From Octopus bimaculoides (lineage: Eukaryota), in the NCBI RefSeq assembly GCF_001194135.2, contig NC_068986.1:11058013-11122012 (forward strand): a DNA stretch of 64,000 nt, given 5' to 3'. A program made the position numbers and the translations under genes. The notes beneath the pieces were generated by a model. The model made no database searches. It worked only from the letters and a program-made list of their open reading frames with translations, and had not been told where the DNA came from. This document shows, one piece after another, positions 13,151-26,249 of the stretch (position 1 is its first letter; the number at the start of each line of letters is the position of its first letter).

Positions 13151-13707
13151 TTGCAAATTATAAGAATCCTTAGAATCCAAGAATTCACTGCAACTACCTC
13201 TCTTCTCACTTTAGCACATTTACCTACCCATCCACCTTTTTTTGTTTCTCAATTCCTATTCACTCTCTCTCTTTCTCTCCCCAGATGGAAAAACATTTGT
13301 CTCTGTCCCTCTATTATGCTTTTACATCGTTAAACCTTTAACATTAAAACCAGCCATACAACCATATCCAGATAAAAATATCGTACTTGTATATGTTCAA
13401 ACTGACCACATTCAGCCCCTCACATCTACCTACAATGTTCTTCTAAAAATAAACAATCACATCATCGAAATACTGAAGCTATAAGATAATGCATGATTAA
13501 TTCAAAACAATGTGAATAAATAAGCAATACATTTGACAGAGGAATCTGAATACTGCTAATAATACTATACCAACTTAGTTGACAGGGTCTTGTCTTGCAA
13601 GTTCTCGGTGACCTTCACCAGTGCTAGTGTCAGAAAAAAAGCATCCAGCACACACTGTAAAGTGGTTGCCATTAAGAAGGGCATCCAGCTGTAGAAACCT
13701 TACCAAA

Positions 13708-13930
13708 GCTGGCAGAAACGTTAGCACGCCGGGCGAAATGCTTAGCGGTATTTCGTCTGCTGCTACGTTCTGAGTTCAAATTCCGCCGAGGTCGACTTTG
13801 CCTTTCATCCTTTCGAGGTAGATTAAATAAGTACCAGTTACGCACTAGGGTCGATATTATCAACTTAATCCGTTTGTCTATCCTTGTTTGTCCCCTCTGC
13901 ATGTAGCCCTTTGTGAGCAATAAAGAAATA
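13708..13930 (+). mobile_element. Young family-B SINE with a 15-17-bp TSD, inserted in an RTE-tail element
   Basis: AGAAACCTTACCAAA(GC) occurs at 13693 and 13931. CpGs are intact, and the copy has the B box GAGTTCAAATTCC and the core GACTTTGCCTTTCATCCTTTCG. Confidence 0.9.
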
Positions 13931-14429
13931 AGAAACCTTACCAAAGCAGACACTGGAACTTAGTTCCTGTTGAACCGTCCAATTCAAAGGACATTAACTG
14001 TTGAAAAGGGTGAAAATTCAGTACCATCATGATCATTTAATGTCCATTTTCCATGCTGGTAGAGGTTAGACAATTTGGCAGGAGCTGGCCAGACCCTATG
14101 TCTGTTTTGCCAGGATTTCTACAGCTGGATACTTTTCCTAATACCAACCACTTTGTAGAGGGTACTGGGTACTTTTTATGTCCCACCAGCATGGGTGCTC
14201 CCCAGGGAAAGCATGATGGTCTATATCAAAATGCTTTCCCCATGAGAAAAATTGGATCAATGCTCACTCTAATGAAGCAGTCATCAATTCTGAAGAACAG
14301 TCTCTTAGAGAATAGCCAAATAATTTTTTTAAATTCACTGTGCAGTGATGAGTTCCCAGATTTAATACCAATTCAAAAACCTTGAGCAACTTTCTTTTAG
14401 CCTTGTGAGTGAAATGGAGAAGATAAATC

Positions 14430-14875
14430 ATCTAACCCTTTTCTTACTATGTTTCTGCTGGTTTATACTGCTTTGTTTCAATTAATTTCGAAAATAATGA
14501 AATATTTAGTAAAATAATTTTGTCATAAATTAAACCTTTTGATAGCAACCTGGCTGAAACCGCTTTGTAGTATAAATGTCTTGTTTTCAAAAGTTTTGAA
14601 TTAAAACCTTCCACCAAACCTCGATCACAATTTATGTTCCTAACACTAGCTGAATGATAACTAAGTTATTTTACTAAATTCTTTGTTATATTTAAAATTA
14701 ATTGAAAGAAACAGAGCATCTCAATAGAAATATGGTTAACAAAATGGTTAAGGTAGTGTTTAGAACATAATGTGAAATTTTGATGCAAGGCTTTAATTTC
14801 GATCACTTTACAAGGGAAAGTTTGCATCTCAGAACCACAAACAGTCTCAAGCTGGTTGGTATCAAAAGGATTAAT
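14430..14875. mobile_element. Overlapping fragments of a second TTAA-type MITE family
   Basis: Ends resembling AACCCTTTT(G/C)TTAC and GGT(A/T)ACAAAA.GGTTAA occur at ~14430, 14533, 14750 and 14875. Related fragments are at ~33960-34030 and 53490-53620. Confidence 0.4.
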
Positions 14876-17800
14876 GTCCATCTTCCACGCCGGTATGGGT
14901 TAGGTGGCTTGACCGGATTTAATGAGGTGGAAGAGTTCAAGGAGCTTCAATTGTCTGCTTTGGCATGGTTTCTACAGCTTGGTGCCCTCCCTAACACCAA
15001 CCACTTTACAGAATGGACTGGGTGCTTTTTATTTGTAACATTTTCAAATCCAAGAAAAAGAGGAAACTTCCTCAACTGAGTCAGTTTGTAGCAGAAGAGA
15101 AGGAAAACTATTTGCTGGATTGTAGATGTAATTTAAAGGTCCAGCCTTGTTGTATATTGTACTAGATTCTGTTTGAGAATTTACAATAAGGGTACATGTG
15201 CAGTATTCAACCACTTACAACCGTATGCTTATTGGCAGAATTAACAGACAATACATGCTGGCACCACACAGAAAGCACCCATGCTGACACACGTTTAAAA
15301 AAAAGCACTCGTGCCGGTGCCATGTATAAAAAAAAAATTTTTTTTTAAGCACCTGTGCTGGTGCCACATTATAAACTCCCATGCTGGTGCCACATAAAAA
15401 GCACCCATGCTGATTTCACCATGGAAAAAAAAATCACCCTGTAAAGTGGTTGGCATTAGAAAGGTTATCCAGTTGCAGAAACCATGCCAAAACAGACAAG
15501 AGGGACCTGGTGCAGCTCTCCAGCTTCTGCCAAACCATCCAACCCATACCAGCATAGAAAACAGATGTTAAATTATTTTTAGAATGACAATGTAGGGTAG
15601 ATGTGAGAGGTCACAAATGGCCAATTTAAATGTTACAGGGTTAAATACATTGGTCACTAATATGACTAGTTTTGGTATAAAAATACAAATCCTCAACTTC
15701 TTGGTTGGTTACCCAGCACACTACCAACATGGCCACCCATTGTAGAGGAATTATATTTTATTGAGTCTACATCAATATAACACTGATGCTTCATTGTCAT
15801 CATCATTCTGATGTCCACCATTCCATACTTGCATAGGTCAGATGGAGTTTCTTGAAGCAGATTTTTTATGGTTGAATGCCTTCCCTGTCACTAACCCTCA
15901 CAAGTTCCCAAATAAGGCATTATTTCTCCATGACCTGAATGTCTTCGTAGAATATTCAAAATGAACAACACTGCTTGTATGACAGTGACACTCATTTACA
16001 ACTATCATGCACTGCCAAGAGAAGGCCTGCCTCCCACCTCTCAGTCAGTCACAACGAAGGTTCCAGATAATCCGATCAACGGAACAGCTTCCTCGTGAAA
16101 TTAGCATGCAAGTGGCTGAGCACTCCACAGACACACATACATACCCTTAACATAGTTCTCAGGAGGGTTCAGTAGAACACAGAATGTGACAAGGTCCTTT
16201 CAAATATAGGCACTACTCATTTTCACTAGCTGAATAGACTGAAGCAATGAGAAAATGAAAATGCCTAGCCCACGGTCCCAACATGCTGCTGGGAATTGAT
16301 CTTACAACCTTACAATCATGAGCCAAATACCTAAATCACTGACCCACACGCAAGACAAGGAGACACAAACACACATACAAAGGGCAGTTTTCAATTTCCA
16401 TCAACCAAATTCATTCACATGGCTTTGGTCAACCCAGGGCTATAGAAGATATTTGGCAAGGTGTCACATAGTGGGGCTGGCCCTGAAACCATGTGGTTGA
16501 GGAGTAAACTTCTTAACTGCATACCCACACCTGTCCTATTACCGTTAACAGTGAACACAAGTTCTCAACTGATACTTATTTTACTGACCCCAAAAAATGG
16601 ATAAAACGCAAACCTGATCTTGGTGAAATTCGATCTCAGAATGTAAGGACGGATAAAATGCTCATAAGTATTTTGCCTGGTATGCTAATGATTCTGCCAG
16701 CTTGCTACCTTAACATAATAATAATAATATTAATAACACTCACAGAGTGCAAACCTCCACCAAGACAACACCAACATCCTCTCAAATGATTAGCCAGAGA
16801 TGATTTTTAAAACGAGAATATCTGAAATAAACTCGACTGTCCTCACAAATGAGAATACTAAAAATGAACCCGACCGCTCTCAAAATTTAAGTAAAAAAAA
16901 TAAATAAGTAAATATTCCAGAATCCTTGTCCAGTACCAGATCAATCCCAATGGTAGTCATGGAATATGAAGGTGGGTGTGCAGGCCATGTTTGTAATGTG
17001 TATGTGTGTGTCATCTGCAATAGGAACAGGGAGTTTTCTCTATGAAGACTTATAGTGAAAAATTTATTTGTGCGTGAAAGAAAACGGAAACGGCCTGCAT
17101 GCAGTACTGTTAACAACATCGTTGCACACAAAAATGTGAGTCCAAGAAGTAAAGCTTCCTTCAAGGCAGAGCCAGAAATGCAATTGTCAAGTAAGAGCTT
17201 TTAAACAGGAGCGATATATTCAAAATTGGTAAAACTAAAAATTGTTGAGGATAAATTCATCATCATCATTATCTAACATCCATTTTCCATGCTGGCATGG
17301 GTTAAATGGTTTGAGTGGAGACTGGCAAACCAGGAGGACGCACTAGGCTCCAATCTGATATGGCAATGTATCTACAGCTGGATACCCTTCCTAACACCAA
17401 CCACTCAGAGAGTGTAGTGGGTGCTTTTCACGTGCCACTGGCATCAGCCACATTCGGATGGTGCTTTTTACATGGCACCAGCACGAGGAATGAGTCAGGC
17501 AGCACTGACGACTCATGCATGAAATTACATTTATTATTACTATTGAATATGTTAGTGTTATTTAATTTCTGAATGGTTTTGCTGCTGTTTGTTTATGTAG
17601 TTTAATTTCTTTATCCATCAGTTTCTACTAAGACAGAGATACGAGTAAAATTAATAATAGAGAAACAAAAATAAAATTTTGGAAACAGCAATGCTGCCAT
17701 AACTTACATGGAAACCATGAGCGTATTTTCAAGAGAGATAAGCAGAGAAAGACTTGAAACTCAACGTAAGATCGTAATACTTCATGTAAAGTAAATATAA

Positions 17801-18295
17801 CAAACAATCCAAAATCTTTGTCCGGTACTGGATCGATCCCAAAATCTAATCAGTTTGTGCCAGTCACGAGGCTAAACATCCCTAAAAGTTTCATCTGAAT
17901 CCATCCAACAGTTCTCGAGATATCGTGTCCATGGACAAACAAACACGGCTGAAAACAATACAGCAGTTTTGGAGGGGGGTGGCTAATTTGAATAAATCAA
18001 CCCCAGTATTCAACTGGTACTTATTTTCTCGAACTCGAAAGGATGAAAGGCAAAGTCAACCCTGGCAATAATAATAAATTATGTCTAAGTAATTAGGTTT
18101 AAAATACATGTTGGGAGTTTAAGTTCAGTTTGTAATCGCCTGGTTTCAGGCTTAGTCCTATGGTGTCACACCTTAGGTGTATTCTACAATAACCTTGGAC
18201 CAAGCAATGCCACATGAGGAAATTTACTAGCTGGAAACTGCAGGAAGTCCATTACTGTTTCTGTGCATGTGAATACACCTGCGAATGCTAGTATG

Positions 18296-18946
18296 CATGG
18301 CTGATGACAGTACCGCCTGATTGGCACTCGTGCCAGTGGAATGTTAAAAACACATCCGAACGTGGAGTATAACCAGCCCCCTTATGAGTACCCCTCATTC
18401 ATTGGACAATAAACTTTGCTTGCAAAGACCTATTAAGGCAAGTGAAATCAAAATCACTGACATGGCCAATGACAGTACTGCCAGATTGGCACTCATACCA
18501 GTGGAACGTTAAAAGCACATCCGAGCGTGATCGTTGTCAAGGCCACAGATTGGCTTTCATGCCGGTGGCACGTAAAAAGCACCATTTGAGCGTGATCGTT
18601 GCCAGCGTTGCCTTACCGGCACATGTGCCGGTATCACATGAAAAATAACATTTGAGCATGGTCATTACCAGTGCCGCCGAACTGGCTCTCGTGCAGGTAG
18701 CAAGTAAAAAACACCTTTTGAGCGTGGTTGTTGCCAGAATCGCCTGACTGGCCCTGATGCCAGTGGCACATAAAAGCACCCACTACACACTCGGTGTGGT
18801 TGACGTTAGGAAGGGCATCCAGCTGTAGAAACTTAGCCAGATCAGATTGAGGCTGGTGCAGCCTTCTGGCTCACTAGTCCTGTCAAACCGTCCAACCCAT
18901 GCCAGCATGGAAAGCAGACGTTAAACGACAACGTTGATGATGATGA
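18296..18946 (+). mobile_element. RTE-LINE 3'-UTR-type element with an internal 65-66-bp minisatellite (~4.5 units) and a (TGA)n tail
   Basis: GAGC(G/A)TG anchors occur at 18523, 18588, 18654 and 18720. The end reads GGAAGGGCATCCAGCTGTAGAAA...CCCATGCCAGCATGGAAAGCAGACGTTAAACG..GATGATGATG. Shorter copies are at ~4510, 7310, 8000, 11870, 13575, 14030, 14865, 15250, 17250, 20640, 31930, 36690, 58390 and 59760. Confidence 0.85.
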
Positions 18947-19279
18947 CTTTCACCATCTGAGAGCAGTGATATCAGTGTTTACTTGTTGAATAAAGAAATC
19001 CCTTACTTGAAAAACAGGTAAGGGTTGGCGACAGGAAGAACATCCAGTCATAAAATTCTGCTCCAAATAACTCTGTCCACACCCCTGCTAGCATGAAAAG
19101 AAAAATAAATGTTAAATGAACAAAGGTATCGAACTCTTCTGTCAGTGAGTGTGAAGGAAACCAAGAACAACATGGGAAGTGGCAGGGGCAGACCTCACAA
19201 AAATACTTGACCCTTATAATGCTTCTTTGGCTCTCCACATGGTGTAATTGGTGGTATATCACTCTGCAGTGGTAGCTAA

Positions 19280-19980
19280 TGTGAGAGCATCTATATCATG
19301 TACCACTCCAGTCAGTGCAGCAAATGGCACAGTGTGACAATGGCCTTAAATCTCTTGCAGCTGGTATTGGCAGGTATTTCAGGTGGAGGAACATGACCCC
19401 AAGTAATTCCCATAACGCACTGCAGGAGGATTTAATGAGATGTGTGTAGACTAGTACAATTGATTCACAGCTATGGAGTGCAGAGTGTTGAGAAAGACTA
19501 CACAGTATACAGTAAATTTTATGGAGAAATGAAAGCTCTTGTTCTAAAGAAATTGTACTGAATCTCCCAAAGACAGCTGATATTTGTTTACTAAATGTCA
19601 ATGTTGTCATCCTCAGAGAGAATACTCCAGATATTTGAAAGATGGCACAACAGATAGCTGCTCATTAGGAACAATGAAGGCAGGAAATACTGGCACTCTA
19701 TTGGCAGGTCAGTTCTGTCTTGCTGTTGACAGTTAACGCCATCAAACTGTATGCTTTCATTGCCACAGCAAGGACAGTCTGAAGATCTTCCTAAGTATGG
19801 GACACCAGAGCACAGTCATATGCATACTGCAGTTTCAGAGCGCACACACTACAGAGTTTGGGTCTTCTTAATGTTAAAGAGGTTGCCATCTAGTCTTAAG
19901 TCCAGTGCCTCACTGTTACTGAACTCAATCTTGCAGAGAAGTCTGGTGACACACAAGAGGAAATGTGAAAGAGCACTGGT
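19280..19980 (-). mobile_element. Decayed RTE-type LINE reverse-transcriptase fragment (second, older lineage)
   Basis: Minus-strand translation gives RLDGNLFNI..LQYAYDCALVSHT*EDLQ..SKTE.., LSVVPSFKY.. and ISAVFGRF.., matching the RTE RT motifs (LLFADDCAL, KTEV, FKYLGS, ASAAFGRL). Confidence 0.75.
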
Positions 19981-20831
19981 GTTAGTTAATACCCATGTGT
20001 GTGTGTGTGTGTGTGTGTGTACAAGGAAGAACTCAGACTCCTATGGTCACCCATACACTCATCCCAACATGGAACTGGCAAAAGATATTAATTAAATTTA
20101 TTGGCACAGCTAAACCGAACAAAACAGTGTAGAATGCTTTGGAAAAAGTTAACAAAGGCCATAAACAGGTCCTGATGTTGTTCCAAGCATTTTTATTTTC
20201 TGAAAAAGCAGCCTGTGAAGATCATTTCAGTTGTTTTCCTGTTCTTTCTACTTCTATATTGCAATTCAGGCTGCTGAGTCTCTGAAACATCTTAGCCAAA
20301 ACTTCAATAATAACAAAGAGAAGTTATATGCCATTACTATCATTCAAGTTCACTTTATCATCTTTGTTCATATAAATCAAAACAAGGCTTACACAACCCA
20401 CATGAGATGTTCCTATTGTCCTTTCAGACCATTTAAAAACATTATATCATTGCGGAAATGATTTTATAAAGGAAAAGAACATGAAAAATGTATCAAAATC
20501 CATCTTCCTTGAAAGGGGAAGTACTATCTCCTTAAGGTTAATTCCTGATAGACGTCTCATTGCAGGGAAGAAAAAAAACAAAATTATAAATAATAATAGT
20601 AACTCTATAGGGTAGCACAAAGAAAGTGTACACTATATCTATATAGTGCTGGTGCCACGTAAAAAGCACCTGTGCTGGTATCATATAAAAGCATCCAGTA
20701 CACCTTAAAGTGGTTGACATTAGGAAGGGCATCAGGCCATAGAAACCATGCCAAAAGACAAATGAAGCCTGGTGCATTTCTCCAGCCAGCTCCGGTCAAA
20801 CCGTAAAACAGATATTACATGATTATGGTTT

Positions 20832-20866
<35 letters not shown>

Positions 20867-23565
20867 CACACACACACACACACAGATTCAGACTAGAATG
20901 ATATTAAACTTTGCAACTTGAAATAAATATCCAGACAAGTAGCATGCCATTATTTAGTACACCTGTCTTTTGTTTGAACTACCACAACTACTACCACTGT
21001 ATATTTCTTAAAACTTCAATTGCTTCACAATTTTTCAACTCGACTGCCTTCAGTGAATAATGACAATTTCTTTTTTAAAAGTAGGGAAACAGGAACGATT
21101 TTCTCTTTCTTTTCTTGCGACAAGAGGTGTAAGGCAGACGGCTGCAAACAGGAAAATTCAATTAAACACCTAACTGTGAATAATACATACACAATAGACA
21201 GCTAAATGTTGTATTATTATCAGCACGGTTATCATGATTAGCTGGCGAGACAGGACCCGGTGAGAGTTGTCTTTGCCTGAGGCACAACTTCAAAATTTTC
21301 AACAGGAAACAAAAGATGTCAAGTTCCTACCTCTCTTAATATAGCAAAAAACAATTGTAAAAGTCCCCCACCACCGACAGGTTAATATCTACATTATCAA
21401 TAAAATGTCGTGTAATAAAGCGACAATAATTATGCTATTCAAGCAGTAACAACTATCGGCAGAAGTCAGTCTCGTTGAAAAGTTATTCATTTAATCAATC
21501 TGTGCCCAAGCGTTAATTACCGTCACATATTTAATGACAATTATATCACAAAGGAATCAGTTTACATCAATCAAATTATCATTATTTCGAGTTGTATCGT
21601 ACTCAGAAAATATGGAGAGAGGAAAAACACACTAAATCAATCTTCGTTCATGATACACTCACTAATATTGAAATGTAATCGATCTACCTATGCACACACA
21701 ATCAAGAAACTCTTCTATTTCATCACGGTTTAGCTGAAACCTTAACATTAGTTCAATTTCAAATTAAATAAATATACTAACAAGTTATAACTTATTGTCA
21801 ACAGTCTCATTAAAAACACAAACACCCAAGCTTATGGCATTAAAGTAAAAGAAAGCAGGTTTAGATTGAAATTTTGTTGAAAATAATACGAAATGCTTTT
21901 GTGTTAATATTTTCAATTTCAATTATTAATTAATATTGTATAAAATTGTATTTTGTATGAGTTATACACACGCTCGTTTGCAATTGTAGGTTTTTCATCA
22001 CATTTATATCAGCTGTGAAGTGAGACACAAAATTACTAATATATTCTACTTTATTTAAAAAGTAGAAAAAGAAAGATAGCCGAAAAGTTTGTTACTGAGA
22101 CCCCGATCAAGATTGATGTGACGCTATGAAAGTCATTCCAGCCTTGACCATCCCGACTTGCATGTTTAAAGCCTACACTGTCCAACCTACTTGTTACGTA
22201 AAACGATACGGTATAAGCTGAGTAATTTAGCTGCTATTTCTAGTGACTGAAGCAACCACTCCGCTCAGAGGCTTCCCTCGTTTATGTACTGCCAAAGGAA
22301 ACAAACTAACGAAGTTCATTACAAAATTAAAAGCGAAGAACCATAGTTGTCGCTTACTACAAAATATCGAGACATCTCTAATGAAATATATAAAAAAAAA
22401 ACATTAATGAAACAGTAACCAAGATAGGATTATTGAAATCTCATTTCTCAACCGAACCAATTCAGGACATAGAGCAAGCTCGGGCTCGTTTAACAATACA
22501 CACATACAAATATATNNNNNNNNNNAGTGAAAATGATCTTCAGTCTACATTGTCTTAGGTATGTAATGTTTTTAAGACATAATTAAGACGAACATTATAC
22601 TAAATAAATTCCAAGTTTTAAAAGGACAAAACAGTGAGCTGATAAAGATAGCAATTATCATTATAGACATCGCTTTTAACACTTAGGTATCTACCTCTCC
22701 CAAAATCGCTTTCTATGGTGCATAACCCAAAGAAAATCAATCATGTATGAGTGAGCTAGGATTATGTGTATATAATATAGCCGGTTATTGTTATATATAT
22801 ACACCCACTTCAGATTATTTAAAGAGGGAAAAGCATGGTTGACCATGCACAATGTTCTTTTGACAATGCTGCAAGTTCCTGGTTCAAAATATACCGAACA
22901 CAAATTTAAAACATGATTAATCCCTTGAGTCAGGAAGCGGGTCCTTTTCTTTATTTTCTGGTAAATAAGTAAATATGACGTAATGTTGGAGAAGTTGTTA
23001 GAAACTGGCTTCTGAACTTAGAATTTTAAATAACTGCAAGTGTTGGTGACAAGTGAGAAGCGAATAAAAATAATTTAATAGATGCTCATGAGACGAGGTG
23101 GAAAAATTGACGAAACTATTAGTTTTATATATAGATACGTATATATATTTACCATCTGTATATCGATATAACATATATATATATATATGTATATATATAC
23201 ATGTAGGTATGTATATGACAACAGGCCCAGGGAAGTCTCCATATGATAATGACTTCAAATAGTTATGAAATAAAGTTGAACAGAAATACATTTACATCTA
23301 TTTTTTTGTCTGCGAGAGAGACCTTATAGTAAGTGTGTTGTTATAAACTTATAGAATGAGATATGGCAAGGACAGTGTAATAAGAGTTAAATCGCTAATA
23401 GACACGACAGGGGGAAAAATACATAAGACTATGAGGACAGTTTTTGCAGGAGTCTAAATGACTAAATTATATCATGCACATTGGATTCATAGGAATTAAT
23501 TTAACCGAACAAGATCAAGGCTTTATAAAAGTGGAATGGACGAATTTATGGCTGCTATTACTTAC

Positions 23566-23629
23566 CAGTAATGGAACAAAAATGATCCACGGTGGCACTC
23601 ACAATTTTCTTCTTTCCTCTGGCCGCCAT
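23566..23629 (-). CDS. Putative first coding exon (MAARGKKKIVSATVDHFCSIT-G, phase-1 donor) of a protein with an N-terminal UBA-like domain, most like UBXN7
   Basis: The minus strand reads ctaATGGCGGCC...TCCATTACTG|GTAAGT: a 64-nt coding exon with a canonical donor at 23565, in a CpG-retaining, TE-poor region. VDHFCSITG resembles IQQFTTITG at the start of the UBXN7 UBA-like domain. No exon 2 was found in the window. Confidence 0.5.
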
Positions 23630-26046
23630 TAGCGATTTGGCGCTATTTCAAAACGAGGCTGAATCACCAACCATATGGGGATGGGGAGGAACAGGGTGAC
23701 GCTTTATTTCAGATGTAATAACAATAATGTTAATAATAATAAGCACAATCTAATGTAATCTACAACCTACTTTCTATTTCTATCGTCAATTTATATATTT
23801 ATAAGGCAATTCTTTTGTCTACAAAAGAAAAAAAAAATCATGCCAACTGAAAAATATTTAGCTAGAATTGAAAAATGACTACGATTTGTACGAAGAACCG
23901 TTGATGAAAAAGAATGTATTTTATTTAATGTTTTTTTTTTAAATTTTAATAAGCCATCATAAGAGTCGATATTTAATCAATGTCCAGATGCTGTGTTTCG
24001 CTTTGTTAAACAATTTAGCCGAGTGCTCGGCAATTTTTTAATAAAACCATGTTTCGGACGCTTACATCGTTAAAAAATCTTAGGGAGAAAAAACGAACAT
24101 CACAACATCCCATTTCCATTCTCTTTTTTTTTACCTTCTCAAAATTTTTCTTCTTAATCACGTAATGTTTTTTAACATAAGCTTATATCAAAATCCGTAC
24201 CCTTTTTTTTTTTCCAAAATATAAACAAATCATTAAAATAGTTTTTTTTCTTGTTCGTTCATATTTATTCCATTCATTCAATAGTGTCAGATATAGCTGT
24301 ATGCTTTTACTGAAAATAATTAGGATTTTGAGAAAGGATATCGCTTTTTAAAGTGCACTGAGTGTAGGTCTAATCATAATAAATCAAATGAGTCACATCT
24401 CGCTAGATTTCTGCCCACAACAACACGTGCTATCTGATATCATTAGATCACAATGTGTAGTAAATGAAAAATCGATACAAGGCATTCGCTCTGCTTTTGC
24501 CTCTCTCTTAGCAACTGTAATATTTTAACGGTTTCTGGAAACTAGTCTGAGAAATATTGGAAAGGGAGGGAAATATCTTGAATATTTAATTTTAAAAATT
24601 TAATTTATATTAAATTTATTTCCATTTTGAAGTCGTCTTTTATTATTTGGGGGATTCAGTAATCTCAAGAAAGAAAATTAACATTTAAAATCATTAAAGC
24701 TAATAATATATTTTAAATTCAATTTTAAAATCCCTTTTATTTATAAAGCTATCATGACTCTGCTACATATACATTAAATCTTTAATTAACCCGTAGTATC
24801 AGCGTAAATTAATTAATTAAATTTGTTATTAAGTTAAATGTCATCAACTAATCCTTTATTACATTTGCTAATGCAATTCAGTAACCTTTAAAAGAATTTT
24901 CAAACACTATTTTTTAATAGTATTTTTAAAATGTTATCTTTTGTAATCTTTAAAATATCCAGTTATTTTCATTATGGTGTATTTCTATGGATGTAACATT
25001 AATGTTCCTAATAATTCCATTATTCTGACACGATCATAACTCACTCCCACCCACCCCCATGAAAATTCCACCAGCTCTAATTTTAATGACCAAATCACCA
25101 CTTATTATTGAAAATATTATTTTTGCGCGAGAAATCCCTTCACTGAGAAACGATCTTGCTTAATTACATCAATAATTATAACCAAAATCGTTTTCTATAT
25201 TTCTGAATCTTTCTGTCCGCAGCGCGCGCGCACTCATACACACACACATACATACATACACACTAGCGCGTGTGTATAGATGTGTATATACATATGTATG
25301 TATATATCTGTATATATATGTGTGTGTTTATATATATATATATATATATACACACACATATATGCGTGTGTGTACACAAACATATGTATGTTGTGTTTAA
25401 TCATTTTAATCATTAAACTTATTAATTCCTTTTTTTAATTCGATATTAATTTCTTTATATTACCATTATAAGAACAACTCGGTTAACCTACAGCAGCATT
25501 ATTATTAGTTAATTACTGAATTAATCTATGTTCTCAACTTAAATGCTATTAACTAATAGCTTTTATTATATGAAACCTTTGGGTCAATTACCCTGGAATT
25601 ACATACAATTAGAATGGTCACACACATTTTGTGCGACAAAAAAGCATGTATGTTTACGCGCGCATGTGTATATGTACGAGTGCTTAAGTATGTATATACA
25701 CACACAAACACACATCATTCACTTAATTTCAGTGATTGGGTCGCATCCATGTGGCGAATCGCCTTGGAGGGGTTTAGTCAAACAAATCGATCCCTATTTT
25801 TAAAATCTGGTACGTCTATTTTGCCGAACTGCCTGGTTAGCGGGACATAAACAAACCAACATAGATTGCCAAGCGGCGCACACACACATATATCATCATC
25901 ATTTAACGTCCGTTTTCTATGCTGGCATGGGTAGAGCGACTTGACAGTAACTGACAAGTCAGAAGACTCCACCAATCTCTCTAGTTTGTTCTAGGGTTAA
26001 ACAATAGTAACAATCGTCCTTTCTAGAAAAGCAAATAATAGTCTTT

Positions 26047-26050
<4 letters not shown>

Positions 26051-26124
<74 letters not shown>
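26051..26124. repeat. (TA)n microsatellite; other microsatellites at 747-795 (GAT/CAT), 20826-20884, 25245-25380, 30485-30518 (GA), 34180-34230 and 39618-39700 (GA/GGGAGA)
   Basis: Read directly from the sequence. Confidence 0.95.
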
Positions 26125-26129
<5 letters not shown>

Positions 26130-26249
26130 GCCAATTGTTACCTGATGACTTCGCCTACAAGCCTGCAAAATTTCAAAAATACGTGTATTTAAAGAGCAAT
26201 GGATATGATTTTGTTTGCCATCTACTGATGAAGGCATCTCCAAACATAA

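Noticed and set aside
22790-22962. Candidate exon 2 for the UBXN7-like gene (acceptor TTTACTTATTTACCAG)
   Set aside because: In phase 1 it stops after 13 codons. In phase 0 it gives a peptide with no similarity to UBA/UBX proteins.
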